The notes beneath the pieces are model-generated. The model had not been told where the DNA came from. It saw only the letters and a program-made list of their open reading frames with translations, and did no database searches. A DNA stretch of 64,000 nucleotides from Bacillus sp. (in: firmicutes) (GTDB taxonomy: Bacteria > Bacillota > Bacilli > Bacillales > Bacillaceae_J): NCBI GenBank assembly GCA_012842745.1, contig DUSF01000004.1, positions 12,818 to 76,817 on the forward strand, read 5' to 3'. Made by a program: the position numbers and the translations under genes. Shown in pieces: positions 37,466 to 46,734 of this stretch (position 1 is the first letter of the stretch; every line of letters starts with the position of its first letter).

Positions 37466-37867
37466 TTAAGCTTCCCTTACAGCCGTAGTCTGTAATTCGA
37501 TTCCACCTCTCGCCGTTTGATAAACGGTAACAGCTACCCTTTTTGGATTTATAGCATAGACAACATCATCAGCAATAGTAGCCGCCAATGATTCACAATA
37601 AGCACCGTGATCACGATAAGACCATAAATAAAACTTTAACGATTTCGATTCAATGCACTTTTCATTTGGTACATAAGAAATTTCCACACGACCAAAATCA
37701 GGTTGGCCTGTTTTTGGACAAACAGCTGTAAATTCCAGCGCTCTAAATGTTATTTCCTGGACATTTGGTGCTGGAAATGACTCATTTTTCAAAACCTCAC
37801 GAGCTTCCTCCACACTTGTCGGTCTAGGCATCGGACCAGACCTTGGTAAATAGTAATTCTCTTTCAT
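37466..37867 (-). CDS. queF: NADPH-dependent 7-cyano-7-deazaguanine (preQ0) reductase, short unimodular type
   Basis: Catalytic Cys motif VCPKTGQPDF and QueF motif ESKSLKFYLWSYR. Start moved to Met30 (MKENYY) with AAGGAG 8 nt upstream, because the longer ORF would run through the riboswitch. Confidence 0.85.
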   Translation of the reverse strand: MKENYYLPRSGPMPRPTSVEEAREVLKNESFPAPNVQEITFRALEFTAVCPKTGQPDFGRVEISYVPNEKCIESKSLKFYLWSYRDHGAYCESLAATIADDVVYAINPKRVAVTVYQTARGGIELQTTAVREA

Positions 37868-37873
37868 TTTATT

Positions 37874-37916
37874 TTCACTCCTTAGTTTTTTTAAGCAGGA
37901 TTTTTCGAACTGCTGT
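37874..37916 (-). promoter_or_regulatory. preQ1-I riboswitch (translational; the SD lies in the 3' tail)
   Basis: The minus strand reads AGCAG-UUCGAAAAAUC-CUGCU-UAAAAAAACUAAGGAG: a 5-bp P1, an 11-nt loop starting UUC and ending C, and an A-rich tail ending CUAAGG. This compares with B. subtilis AGAGG-UUCUAGCUACA-CCUCU-AUAAAAAACUAA. An extended -10 TGGTATAAT lies at rc 37941-37949. I could not resolve the P2 pairing by eye. Confidence 0.7.
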
Positions 37917-38155
37917 GAGCTTAAGTACAGCCGACTTTTTATTATACCATACAAGCATATGAAGCAATAAGCGATATATATTTCGAAACATATTTAATAA
38001 AATATATGAAATTTTGTGGAAACCTGTTATAACGCCCTTTATAAATATTTCAAATATAATAATTCACAAAATCGACAAATTCGACAAGCTATTTTTGCTT
38101 TATAATGTACTTAATAGGGTATTTAAAAACAAATACCTAAAAGGGAGAGTGTATC

Positions 38156-38347
38156 ATGACAGTTACTTACACAATAATGATGGTTGCGACATTATTTGCG
38201 CTATTAATTTGCGGATATGCAGCAGGATTTATTTCCGCAAAATTCAGCAAAACAAATGTATTAAATTTTATTCCTGTTTTAATAGCGATATTAATGATCA
38301 ACATCGTTTTTGCACTTGTGGAAATGTCACGGGTCGGCAGGATTTAA
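38156..38347 (+). CDS. 63-aa two-TM membrane protein, hypothetical
   Basis: AAGGGAGAG SD 7 nt upstream, two hydrophobic helices, and a strong terminator downstream. Confidence 0.6.
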   Translation: MTVTYTIMMVATLFALLICGYAAGFISAKFSKTNVLNFIPVLIAILMINIVFALVEMSRVGRI

Positions 38348-38413
38348 CGTGAACATATTAAAACTATTACTAGTTGAAAATGATAAAATGTAATAAACTA
38401 GAGCAAAAAACAT

Positions 38414-38455
38414 AAAAAGCTGTAAGACAAATTTGTCTTACAGCTTTTTTATTTT
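38414..38455. terminator. Bidirectional terminator
   Basis: AAAAGCTGTAAGACAA-AT-TTGTCTTACAGCTTTT (a ~14-bp stem) flanked by A-runs and T-runs. Confidence 0.85.
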
Positions 38456-38479
38456 AGGGCAAGAAAGCTAAAACCTTCT

Positions 38480-39016
38480 TTAATAATATGGTGAAATCAT
38501 TATATAAACAGCTACTCCTGTAAAACTGACATATAACCATAGAGGCATTGTCCAGCGCGCGATTTTTCGATGTTTTTCAATCTGCATATTAAAGCCTCTG
38601 GCAACTGTTACTAAAGCTAACGGAACGATAAGCGCCGAAAACACGATATGGGTTAATAAAATAAAATAATACGCATAACGAATCGTGCCTTCTCCGCCAA
38701 AAGGGGTAGATTCTGCCATTGCATGGTACGCTACGTATGATACTAAAAATAAAGCTGTTGTCGTAAAGGCAGCAAGGATAAATCTTTTATGGAGTTTGAT
38801 ATTTTTCTGTTTAATAGAGACTAAAGCAGCTACTAAAAATACAAATGTGAGACTATTAAAAACAGCATTCAAAAAAGGCAAGATGGTTAAATCCACATCA
38901 CTTAACGTGTTATACTTTGGCATGAAATACAAAATGGCTACAAGGACGTTAATTACAATCGTTAATAAAACAATGATTGGTGTATAATTGCGCTGTTTAG
39001 CTAAATGTTCACTCAT
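38480..39016 (-). CDS. DUF420 membrane protein (YozB/CtaM-like)
   Basis: 178 aa with 4-5 TM helices and the C-terminal HRKIARWTMPLWLYVSFTGVAVY typical of DUF420. Confidence 0.65.
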   Translation of the reverse strand: MSEHLAKQRNYTPIIVLLTIVINVLVAILYFMPKYNTLSDVDLTILPFLNAVFNSLTFVFLVAALVSIKQKNIKLHKRFILAAFTTTALFLVSYVAYHAMAESTPFGGEGTIRYAYYFILLTHIVFSALIVPLALVTVARGFNMQIEKHRKIARWTMPLWLYVSFTGVAVYIMISPYY

Positions 39017-39222
39017 TCACATACGACTCCTTTTTTATATTTATATCTATTATAAAAGCTTCGCGTTATTAAATCCACTTTTTCACTTTTTCATTTTTTC
39101 ATAGTACATTATGACTAGTTTTGTCGAATCTATTACCTAATTTTAGGGAATATGTCATAATAGGGTTACAACGTGTTGTAGCATACTTTTTAATTATTCA
39201 AAATAATAGTGGGGAGAAAAAG

Positions 39223-39408
39223 ATGAATGACAAAACAGGAAAAATTATTTTGTTACTACGACAACGGATTGAAACGAAGAGAAAACAGATGTTTGATTAT
39301 GCTTCGACATACGGAATAAATAGTAGTATCACTATCCAATGCAGCCAAGAGCTCGACATCTTATTAAATCGCTTGAATCGAAAACTATATTATAAAAAAC
39401 CTGCTTGA
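39223..39408 (+). CDS. Spo0E-family aspartyl-phosphate phosphatase
   Basis: 61 aa with the signature SQELDILLN. GGGGAG SD 6 nt upstream of ATG 39223. The longer track ORF has no SD. Confidence 0.75.
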   Translation: MNDKTGKIILLLRQRIETKRKQMFDYASTYGINSSITIQCSQELDILLNRLNRKLYYKKPA

Positions 39409-39420
39409 AGGCCCTAAATA

Positions 39421-39467
39421 AAAAGTGTCCGACATCCCCAAAAATAAAATGCCGGACACTTTTTTTA
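39421..39467. terminator. Bidirectional terminator between the Spo0E-like and Gly/Phe-rich genes
   Basis: GTGTCCG-21 nt loop-CGGACAC flanked by AAAA and TTTTTTT. Confidence 0.65.
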
Positions 39468-39476
39468 TTACATGTC

Positions 39477-39722
39477 CTACCAAAATCCTCCAAATGGGTA
39501 TCCCATCCCAAATGGATAACCAAACCCGCCTGGGAAACCACCTATAAAGGGGCCACCAAAAAACGGCATTCCATATCCGCCGTAAAACGGTCTGCCGAAT
39601 CCTCCAAAAAACGGCCTACCGAATCCTCCAAAACCAAAACCAGGTCTTCCAAATCCACCGAAAAACGGGCGTCCAAATGGCATTCCAAAAAAACGACTAT
39701 CATTTACTAATGGTCCACTCAT
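39477..39722 (-). CDS. 81-aa Gly/Phe/Pro-repeat protein (FGRPFFGG repeats), function unknown
   Basis: GGGGAG SD 8 nt upstream of the ATG, with a terminator directly downstream. By my count it has 28 Gly, 21 Phe and 11 Pro. FGRP occurs four times. The underlying DNA is a tandem repeat. Confidence 0.65.
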   Translation of the reverse strand: MSGPLVNDSRFFGMPFGRPFFGGFGRPGFGFGGFGRPFFGGFGRPFYGGYGMPFFGGPFIGGFPGGFGYPFGMGYPFGGFW

Positions 39723-39900
39723 CTTCCTAACTCCCCTTTTATTTTCTATGTTACACTTTAGTGTATGTCACAAAAAAATAAGCGTTTAGGCATCTAACTA
39801 TTGTTTGGGAATCTTTCTAGAAGTATAAAGTTCATTCGAAAGCACAGAAGGACCAACATGGCTATAAAGAATTTTTCAACTAAATCATATAATTCACTAA

Positions 39901-39930
39901 TAGAGGTGATGGTACTCACCTCTATTTTAT
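39901..39930 (+). terminator. Orphan plus-strand intrinsic terminator upstream of the bioY promoter
   Basis: TAGAGGTGA-TGGTAC-TCACCTCTA (9-bp stem) followed by TTTTAT. No annotated plus-strand gene lies upstream. Confidence 0.6.
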
Positions 39931-39981
39931 GTTAACCGTCAGTAAAAATCAGTTGACAATAAACGTGTGCCATACTATTAT
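39930..39981 (+). promoter_or_regulatory. bioY promoter (TTGACA-17-TATTAT) with an overlapping BirA-type operator
   Basis: TGTTAACC-N14-GTTGACA resembles the Firmicute BirA inverted repeat TGTTAACC...GGTTAACA. The right half-site overlaps the -35 TTGACA (39953-39958). The -10 TATTAT is at 39976-39981. Confidence 0.55.
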
Positions 39982-40010
39982 TTGATTAACAGTTTCAAAG
40001 GGGGATTTGA

Positions 40011-40598
40011 ATGAAACGTTTTAGGACAATTGATTTAACAATGGCAGCAGTATTCGTTGCTTTAATGGCGATTGGCGCTAATTCAACAGCATTTCTTATT
40101 ATTGGTGGTGTTCCGATCACATTGCAGGGATTTTTCGGAATATTGGCTGGGACTATTTTAGGTGCACGAGTTGGCGCACTTTCTATATTAGTTTATGCCC
40201 TCGTAGGGCTTGCAGGTGCACCGGTATTTGCACAATTTACAGGTGGGCCAGCAATTTTAATGAGACCAACATTCGGATTTATTTTATCATTCATCCTAGT
40301 AGCTTATATAGTGGGGCTAATTATTGAAAAATCAAAAAAACCTACAGTGAAAACTTTTATTTTCGCTTCACTTATAGGGATGGCTATCAATTATATTATC
40401 GGTACAAACTGGATGTATTTTGCCTACAAGCTTTGGGCCGAAGCTCCTGAGGGCTTTACTTATAAACTAGCATGGTCCTGGATGTTAATACCGATGCCAA
40501 AGGATATCATTTTATCAATTTTGGCAGGTGCCATTTCGCCACGGATTTACCGTGCCGTCCAAAAATCGAATCCGTTAGTAAAACAAACAATTGCATAA
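40011..40598 (+). CDS. bioY: Biotin transporter S-component BioY
   Basis: 195 aa with ~6 TM helices. The N-terminal TIDLTMAAVFVALMAIGA...VPITLQGFFGILAG is typical of BioY. Confidence 0.9.
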   Translation: MKRFRTIDLTMAAVFVALMAIGANSTAFLIIGGVPITLQGFFGILAGTILGARVGALSILVYALVGLAGAPVFAQFTGGPAILMRPTFGFILSFILVAYIVGLIIEKSKKPTVKTFIFASLIGMAINYIIGTNWMYFAYKLWAEAPEGFTYKLAWSWMLIPMPKDIILSILAGAISPRIYRAVQKSNPLVKQTIA

Positions 40599-40632
40599 GC
40601 TTACGTAGAAGCAGACTTCATCGTACTTAAAT

Positions 40633-40680
40633 GGCTGCCTCGAATAAAAAAGAGTAATACTCCTTTTATTCGAGGCAGCC
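40633..40680. terminator. Bidirectional terminator (17-bp stem)
   Basis: GGCTGCCTCGAATAAAA-14 nt loop-TTTTATTCGAGGCAGCC, between bioY and convergent pepA. Confidence 0.85.
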
Positions 40681-40700
40681 CTCCTTTTGTCACCTACGGA

Positions 40701-42203
40701 TTATTTCTTTTCAGCCATTCTTTCAACCAATGTTGCCAGTGTCCTTACCATCACACCTGTTGCACCTGCAGGTCCGAGCTCATAATCACTTTTTGATGTT
40801 GCTGTACCGGCTATATCTAAATGCACCCATGGAGTTTCTTCGGCAAATTCACCTAAAAAAGCACCTGCCATAATCGCATGAGCTTCACGTCCTGGAGAAT
40901 TGCTTAAATCGGCGATTTTGCTATGATTTCGGACTTTTTCTTTATAAACATCAAAATAAGGCAGAAGCCAGATTGGTTCTCCTGCTTCATATGAAGCTTC
41001 TACTATTTCCTCATAAAATTCTTCATGATTTGTCATCGCCCCTGTCGTTTGCTCCCCTAATGCAACGATCACGCCACCTGTAAGGGTTGCGATATCAATG
41101 ATAAAATTTGCACCCTGATATTTTGCGTATGTTATCGCATCACAAAGAGCTAAACGCCCTTCTGCATCTGTGTTTAGTACTTCGATTGTTTTACCGCTCA
41201 TTGATGTAATGACATCATCTGGCTTGTAAGCAGTACCACTTATGACATTATCTGTCGCTGGAATTACGGCAACAACATTCATATCTGGCTTTAATTCGCC
41301 GATAATTTCCATTGCTCCAAGGACAGCAGCCGCACCACCCATATCCGTTTTCATCCCGACCATGCTTTCACGCGGTTTTAAGCTGTAGCCGCCTGTATCA
41401 TACGTGATTCCTTTCCCGACAAACGCAAGCACATCTTCCCATTTTTCTTTGCCATGATATGTAAGGACAATCATTTTAGGTGGTTCTACTGAACCTTTAT
41501 TAACAGCTAAAATTGCACCCATCCCTAGTTTTTCCATATCAGTTTTCTCAAGCACTTCATAATCCATTCCGTACTTATTGGCTATACTGATTGCAAATTC
41601 TGCTAAATCGGCGGCGGTTAGCAAATTAGGTGGCAGATTGACTAAATTCCGTGCTGTATTTGTCCCTGTTCCATATACATAACCGACGGTTAATGCCGCG
41701 CGAATTTCTTCTTGTTCTTCTCCTGTATAAATATCAATTGATTCGATTCGTTTATCAGGAATATTTGGCTTTTTCTTATAATCGGCAAATTTATAGCTAG
41801 CTAACGCGGCCGCTTCCCCAAGTGCATGAGCTGCCTCCATTCTGTCAATTACATTTGCGATAAATGTATCCAAGGCCACTGCTATGCTTGATAAACGGTC
41901 TTTGTTTATTTGTTTTATAAGACACCCAAACACCTCACGAAGAGATGAAAACCGCAATTCTTGTTCTTTACCGAGACCTACAAAATAAATCTTTTTAAAA
42001 CCTATTTTACCTAGTGTATGTAATTTACATATTTCTTTTCTTTTTCCTTTTAATTCGCCGTCTCGTAATAATTCATAAAGCTGCCCTTCAAAAAGTTCAT
42101 CTAATTCCTTTAAGATCCCCTCGGGCCTCTGTCCTTCAAATAGCCCAATAACTAGGGCCTCTTGCACCACATTTAGCGGTAATTCCTCGATTACATTAAA
42201 CAT
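40701..42203 (-). CDS. pepA: Leucyl aminopeptidase (M17)
   Basis: M17 signature [12 protein letters not shown] and [16 protein letters not shown]. Start moved to Met10 after GGAGGTG. Confidence 0.95.
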   Translation of the reverse strand: MFNVIEELPLNVVQEALVIGLFEGQRPEGILKELDELFEGQLYELLRDGELKGKRKEICKLHTLGKIGFKKIYFVGLGKEQELRFSSLREVFGCLIKQINKDRLSSIAVALDTFIANVIDRMEAAHALGEAAALASYKFADYKKKPNIPDKRIESIDIYTGEEQEEIRAALTVGYVYGTGTNTARNLVNLPPNLLTAADLAEFAISIANKYGMDYEVLEKTDMEKLGMGAILAVNKGSVEPPKMIVLTYHGKEKWEDVLAFVGKGITYDTGGYSLKPRESMVGMKTDMGGAAAVLGAMEIIGELKPDMNVVAVIPATDNVISGTAYKPDDVITSMSGKTIEVLNTDAEGRLALCDAITYAKYQGANFIIDIATLTGGVIVALGEQTTGAMTNHEEFYEEIVEASYEAGEPIWLLPYFDVYKEKVRNHSKIADLSNSPGREAHAIMAGAFLGEFAEETPWVHLDIAGTATSKSDYELGPAGATGVMVRTLATLVERMAEKK

Positions 42204-42345
42204 CATGACACCTCCAATTTTATTATCCAATTGTTAGAAAATAAAAGCAAATTTCCTATTATCCAAAACAATTATGATATAATGAATAAAGAATGCCTTG
42301 GTAGCGGGCAATACTAGTATCTTTTATTTGAAAGGACGATACACA

Positions 42346-42822
42346 ATGGACTTATTTTATAATTTCCCGCTTTGGGCAGCACTCTTTGCTATTTTTTTCG
42401 CACAATTTGTTAAGGTGCCGATTTCATTAATTGCAACAAAGAAAATTGACTGGTCCTTATTAACAAGTACTGGCGGCATGCCAAGCTCCCACTCTGGGGC
42501 CGTGACAGCATTAGCAACAGCAATCGCACTGCAAGAAGGATTAAGCTCCCCTTTATTTGCAGTTTCCTCCATTTTCGGGGTTATTGTTATGTTCGATGCA
42601 ACAGGTATACGTTACCATGCAGGAGAACAAGCAACTGTTCTAAACTGGCTTGTAAATGAATTTCAGAACTTTGTCAAGGAAGCAAAATCATTTCCGAAAA
42701 AAGAGGATTATGAAAGAAGGAAGGAGCTAAAGGAGCTCTTAGGTCATAAACCAATCGAAGTATTTTTCGGGGCACTTACCGGTATTTTATTGACATTGCT
42801 TTTATACTATCTCATTTATTAA
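42346..42822 (+). CDS. yuiD: Divergent PAP2/acid-phosphatase-related membrane protein (YuiD-like, DUF212)
   Basis: GGMPSSHSGAVTALATAI is typical of the family. Start moved to Met17 (AAAGGA SD). Confidence 0.8.
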   Translation: MDLFYNFPLWAALFAIFFAQFVKVPISLIATKKIDWSLLTSTGGMPSSHSGAVTALATAIALQEGLSSPLFAVSSIFGVIVMFDATGIRYHAGEQATVLNWLVNEFQNFVKEAKSFPKKEDYERRKELKELLGHKPIEVFFGALTGILLTLLLYYLIY

Positions 42823-42844
42823 TAGGGATGTTTAAACAACGCAT

Positions 42845-42886
42845 AAAAAGCAGCACAACGTTTGCAAAGACGAAGTGCTGCTCGAT
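42845..42886. terminator. Hairpin terminator between yuiD and yuiC
   Basis: AGCAGCAC-18 nt loop-GTGCTGCT with an upstream A-run (a T-run on the minus strand). Confidence 0.6.
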
Positions 42887-42890
42887 TATT

Positions 42891-43622
42891 TTAACCTTTA
42901 ATAATCTGTTGTCTAAATACTTGCATCGAACGATCTTCATTTAAACGGGCTAATTCTTCTTCAGTAAGGGAACCATCACCTTGTTTAACGACATAAATTT
43001 CAACTTCTTTTTTACCCCAAAGATTATACACATCATCAACCGTTTCATAATAAAGATCAATTTTATGGCCCTTTATTGCAGACCCCTTGTCAGCAACTAC
43101 TCCATAGCCGTAATCAGGAATAAACAGAATCGTGCCAATTGGAAAAACATTTAAATCAGCAGCTACCGTAGAGTATAAGTCACGTTTTACCTTAACACCT
43201 GAATACGTAATCCCATATTCAGGATGGTTTTCATTTTTACCGGTCGATTCGATTCCTGCTGTATAGCCAGTTGCAACTACTTTCCTTGATGGATACTTTG
43301 TCCAATCAAAAGCCTCTTCCAGCCGTTTCGGCATTTCAACTGATTCACTTGAAATAGCTTTCATTTCAGCAACATACCTTGACAAGCCTTTTTTTCCTAA
43401 TCCTACTTTCTTTAGAGAATGATATTTATTTTCATAATAGTTATTTTCAGCAACATTAGTATCACGATCGCCAAATTTACCTTGATACCATGCCCAAATT
43501 GAAAAGTCTTTTGCTTGAACACCTGAAATAGAATGAAAAGTAGTTAATAAAGCCGCAATAAACATCACTGTCATCATCATTCGTTTTAACGCCTTATTCC
43601 AAAATTTCACTATGTTCTTCAC
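42891..43622 (-). CDS. yuiC: 3D-domain (MltA-like) cell-wall protein YuiC-like
   Basis: C-terminal 3D domain ([30 protein letters not shown]) and an N-terminal signal/anchor. The start codon is uncertain. Confidence 0.8.
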   Translation of the reverse strand: MKNIVKFWNKALKRMMMTVMFIAALLTTFHSISGVQAKDFSIWAWYQGKFGDRDTNVAENNYYENKYHSLKKVGLGKKGLSRYVAEMKAISSESVEMPKRLEEAFDWTKYPSRKVVATGYTAGIESTGKNENHPEYGITYSGVKVKRDLYSTVAADLNVFPIGTILFIPDYGYGVVADKGSAIKGHKIDLYYETVDDVYNLWGKKEVEIYVVKQGDGSLTEEELARLNEDRSMQVFRQQIIKG

Positions 43623-43690
43623 TCCTCTCTCAAACTATTTATTTCCAAAGTAGAAAATAAATATACAGAAAAGAGTGTAAATTTATGCCA

Positions 43691-43725
43691 AAAAGAAAAA
43701 GACTGACTTAATCTGTCAGTCTTTT
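43691..43725 (-). terminator. Rho-independent terminator after yuiB
   Basis: AAGACTGAC-TTAATCT-GTCAGTCTT with a T-run on the minus strand. Confidence 0.75.
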
Positions 43726-43744
43726 GGCAATACATAGCATGTAG

Positions 43745-44062
43745 TTAAAACATTTGATAACCATTTTTCCGTAAAAATTTAATGACAATTCCAGATAAAA
43801 TAGCTCCAATAAATCCGCTTGTTAAGATAATAAGGTCCGCCCCACCCAAGGCGGCAAAATCGTTTAATAAGGCGTTAAATGAAGCAGCTGGTTCTGTAAA
43901 ATATTTAAAAACACGAACTTTATCAACAATTAAAATAACAACAATTGGATAAACAACGGCCATTACCCATGTTGTTCTTAATAGCATATTTAAAATAAAG
44001 CCAATTCCAAAAAATAATACGATAAATAAAAGAACTGAAACTAAGAGCTGTGGAATACCCAC
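43745..44062 (-). CDS. yuiB: Small 3-TM membrane protein YuiB-like
   Basis: Start moved to GTG 44062, 7 nt after GGAGG, which gives 105 aa (MGIPQLLVSVLLFIVLFF...). Confidence 0.7.
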   Translation of the reverse strand: MGIPQLLVSVLLFIVLFFGIGFILNMLLRTTWVMAVVYPIVVILIVDKVRVFKYFTEPAASFNALLNDFAALGGADLIILTSGFIGAILSGIVIKFLRKNGYQMF

Positions 44063-44129
44063 CTTGACACCTCCCCTACACATCATTGTTAGTTTACTTA
44101 AACAGGGGGAAGTCGTCAATTATTATGTT

Positions 44130-45359
44130 TTAAAATAGTTTAAGCTTTCCTTTTTTTAGAACTAATGATAATCCACCTAACTTCCACAAATAGCGGTTAT
44201 CAATCATCTTTTTCATAAATGCAGCTTGCGCACCATATAATTGGCGTTCGCCAACAACTCCTATCGCATCATCGTCGCCTAGTGAACATACTGTACCTTT
44301 AATATCCGGTGCGAATTTCTTTAACTCACCTTTTCCTCTTACAAGAGTTGCTATATTAGCAGCACATGTTTCAGCCTCTTGTATCGCAATTTGTGCTGTT
44401 GGCGGATATGGGCGGTTTATTTCTTCGTTAATTAATAACGCGCAATCTCCAATGATGAATACATCATCATAGCCTGGTGCTCTTAAATCAGGCTCGACTT
44501 TTACACGGCCACGCATCGCTTCAAATCCTGACTTTTCAATAATAGAGTTTCCACGTACACCTGCCGCCCATACAACGGTAGCGGCTTTAATTTCTTCAAC
44601 ATAATCATCCTTCGCAACGATAATGCCTTCAGGAGTACATTCTTTAATAGCTGTCCCAATTTTGAATTCAATTCCTCTTTGCTCTAAATAATTCATCGCA
44701 TACTCAACTAAAGACTGATTAAAACCAGGCAATGCCGTTGGGGCTGCCTCAACACAAATCACACGTACCTTTTTACGATCTATATCAAATTCCTTGCAAA
44801 GCTCGGGAATTCTATTTGCTAATTCCCCTAGAAATTCTATACCTGTAAAGCCGGCTCCACCGACGACAATTGTTAATAATTCATCACGCTTTTCTTGTTC
44901 ATTATTATACTTAGCAAAGCAGTAATCAATATGCTCACGAATGAGTCTTGAAGAATTAATACTTGCGATTGAAAAAGCATATTCTTTCAAGCCTTTTATT
45001 CCAAACGTCTCTGATTCGAAACCAAGACTAATGACTAAATAATCATAAGTAAGCTCGCCATTTTGCAAAATAACTCTTTTTTCTTGTGGTTTAATTTCAA
45101 CAACTGTATCCTTCACAAACTTCACTTTGCTTTGATTAATAACATCCTTTATAGGGATGCGAATTTTATCATGATGAATTGTTCCTGCTGCACCTTCATG
45201 CAACCATGTTGTTTGATAATGGTAATCATGTTTATTCACAAGTGTAATATTTGCTTCGTTAACACCTACTGTTTTTTGTAGATTGACAGCAGTCATCATG
45301 CCGCCGTATCCTGCTCCTAAGATTAATACTTCTGGTCGTTTCAAACCTATCACATCCAT
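44130..45359 (-). CDS. yumB: Type II NADH dehydrogenase (NDH-2)
   Basis: Two dinucleotide folds, [12 protein letters not shown] and [13 protein letters not shown]. The start is uncertain (Met13 chosen; no strong SD). Confidence 0.85.
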   Translation of the reverse strand: MDVIGLKRPEVLILGAGYGGMMTAVNLQKTVGVNEANITLVNKHDYHYQTTWLHEGAAGTIHHDKIRIPIKDVINQSKVKFVKDTVVEIKPQEKRVILQNGELTYDYLVISLGFESETFGIKGLKEYAFSIASINSSRLIREHIDYCFAKYNNEQEKRDELLTIVVGGAGFTGIEFLGELANRIPELCKEFDIDRKKVRVICVEAAPTALPGFNQSLVEYAMNYLEQRGIEFKIGTAIKECTPEGIIVAKDDYVEEIKAATVVWAAGVRGNSIIEKSGFEAMRGRVKVEPDLRAPGYDDVFIIGDCALLINEEINRPYPPTAQIAIQEAETCAANIATLVRGKGELKKFAPDIKGTVCSLGDDDAIGVVGERQLYGAQAAFMKKMIDNRYLWKLGGLSLVLKKGKLKLF

Positions 45360-45670
45360 CTTTTTCTTTGTTGTTTTATTTTCTGTTATAAGCAAAAATT
45401 TTATAACATGTTACTATTTTCACAAACAAAACCGTGATAACATTTTGTTCACAAAAAATTTGTATTTCTGTAACAAAAAATTAACAATTATATATAGACA
45501 ACATCTTATTCCTTTTTTCGTCATTAATCAACTAGTTTTCCTAATTTTTAAATTTTCTAATTTTTTAATGGTATTAACGTTTGTTGATTTGTCTGAATAT
45601 TAAAGTAATTCACTATGGAGTATGCTAGAATAAAATTTAGTAAAAGATATATATATGGTTGGGGGGATTG

Positions 45671-46669
45671 ATGATGAAAATTGATTCTAAAGTTTATGAT
45701 ATCACAATTATAGGCGGAGGTCCTTGTGGTCTATTCGCAACATTCTATGCTGGCATGAGACAAGCAAGCGTAAAAATAATTGAAAGTCTCCCACAATTAG
45801 GTGGACAATTATCAGCACTCTACCCTGAGAAATATATTTATGATGTTGCTGGGTTTCCAAAAGTGCAAGCTCAACAATTAATTAACAAATTAAAAGAGCA
45901 AATGAGCAAATTTGCACCAACCATTGTGTTAAATCAATCTGTAGAAAAAGTTGAAAAACAAGCAGACAGCACATTTAAACTGACCACTCACTCAGAAGTT
46001 CATTTTACGAAAACGATTATTATAACTGCTGGTAACGGTGCCTTTCAACCACGTCGTCTTGAACTAGCTGAGGCTGAACAATATGAAGGTAAGAATTTAC
46101 ACTATTTCGTTGATGATATGAATAAATTCGCTGGGTTGCGTGTTGTTGTACTTGGCGGTGGTGACTCTGCCGTTGACTGGACAATGATGCTAGAACCAAT
46201 GACGAAGGAAGTTACAATTGCGCACAGGCGTGATAAATTTCGTGCCCATGAGCATAGCGTTGAAAATTTAATGAATTCGAAAGCAAAGGTACTCACTCCA
46301 TACAATCCTGTACGGTTAATTGGCGATGGTGAAAAAATTACGCAAATAGTCTTACAAGAGGCAAAAACAAAGGCAGAAGTTACCATCGATATTGATGCCT
46401 TAATCGTAAACTATGGGTTTGTCTCTTCCTTAGGCCCAATTAAAGATTGGGGGCTTACGATTGACAAAAACGCTATTCTCGTAAATTCCAGAATGGAAAC
46501 TAATATTCCGGGTATTTATGCCGCTGGAGATATTGCAACTTACGACGGAAAAATAAAATTAATTGCAACTGGTTTCGGGGAAGCGCCAACAGCCGTTAAC
46601 GTTGCCAAGGCCTATATTGACCCGAATGCAAAAGTCCAACCATTGCATTCGTCAAGCATGTTCGAGTAA
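45671..46669 (+). CDS. yumC: Ferredoxin-NADP+ reductase, thioredoxin-reductase-like type
   Basis: [26 protein letters not shown] and [11 protein letters not shown]. The start is ATG 45671 or 45674, after a GGGGGGA SD. Confidence 0.9.
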   Translation: MMKIDSKVYDITIIGGGPCGLFATFYAGMRQASVKIIESLPQLGGQLSALYPEKYIYDVAGFPKVQAQQLINKLKEQMSKFAPTIVLNQSVEKVEKQADSTFKLTTHSEVHFTKTIIITAGNGAFQPRRLELAEAEQYEGKNLHYFVDDMNKFAGLRVVVLGGGDSAVDWTMMLEPMTKEVTIAHRRDKFRAHEHSVENLMNSKAKVLTPYNPVRLIGDGEKITQIVLQEAKTKAEVTIDIDALIVNYGFVSSLGPIKDWGLTIDKNAILVNSRMETNIPGIYAAGDIATYDGKIKLIATGFGEAPTAVNVAKAYIDPNAKVQPLHSSSMFE

Positions 46670-46689
46670 AAAGTTTAGTATTTCCTAAG

Positions 46690-46718
46690 AAAAGAGCTAA
46701 GTTGACTTAGCTCTTTTT
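46690..46718. terminator. Bidirectional terminator
   Basis: AGAGCTAA-GTTGAC-TTAGCTCT followed by TTTT. Confidence 0.75.
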
Positions 46719-46734
46719 CCATATGTCACTCGTT

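Noticed and set aside
37868-37954. The ORF-track N-terminal extension of queF (MYGIIKSRLYLSSQQFEKSCLKKLRSENK).
   Set aside because: This stretch is occupied by the preQ1-I aptamer and the extended -10 promoter. AAGGAG with correct spacing precedes the internal Met30.
39405-39710. A 101-aa basic plus-strand ORF lies antisense to the Gly/Phe-rich gene.
   Set aside because: It is the mirror reading of a GGN/TTY-rich repeat. It has no SD, starts inside the stop region of the Spo0E-like gene, and contains the bidirectional terminator hairpin (39421-39467). The minus-strand ORF has the SD and the terminator.
39723-39800. CATACACT upstream of the Gly/Phe-rich gene as a sigma-E -10, and CATAGAAAA as a sigma-K -10.
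   Set aside because: I could not find a matching -35 element at the correct spacing for either, so no promoter feature is called. They are mentioned only as a hint in the corresponding finding.
45433-45453. CGTGATAACATTTTGTTCACA upstream of the NDH-2 gene looked like an Fnr or Rex box.
   Set aside because: The half-sites TGTGA and TCACG are separated by 11 nt, not the 6 nt of Fnr. The GTGA-to-TCAC offset is 15 rather than the 10 expected for a Rex operator.
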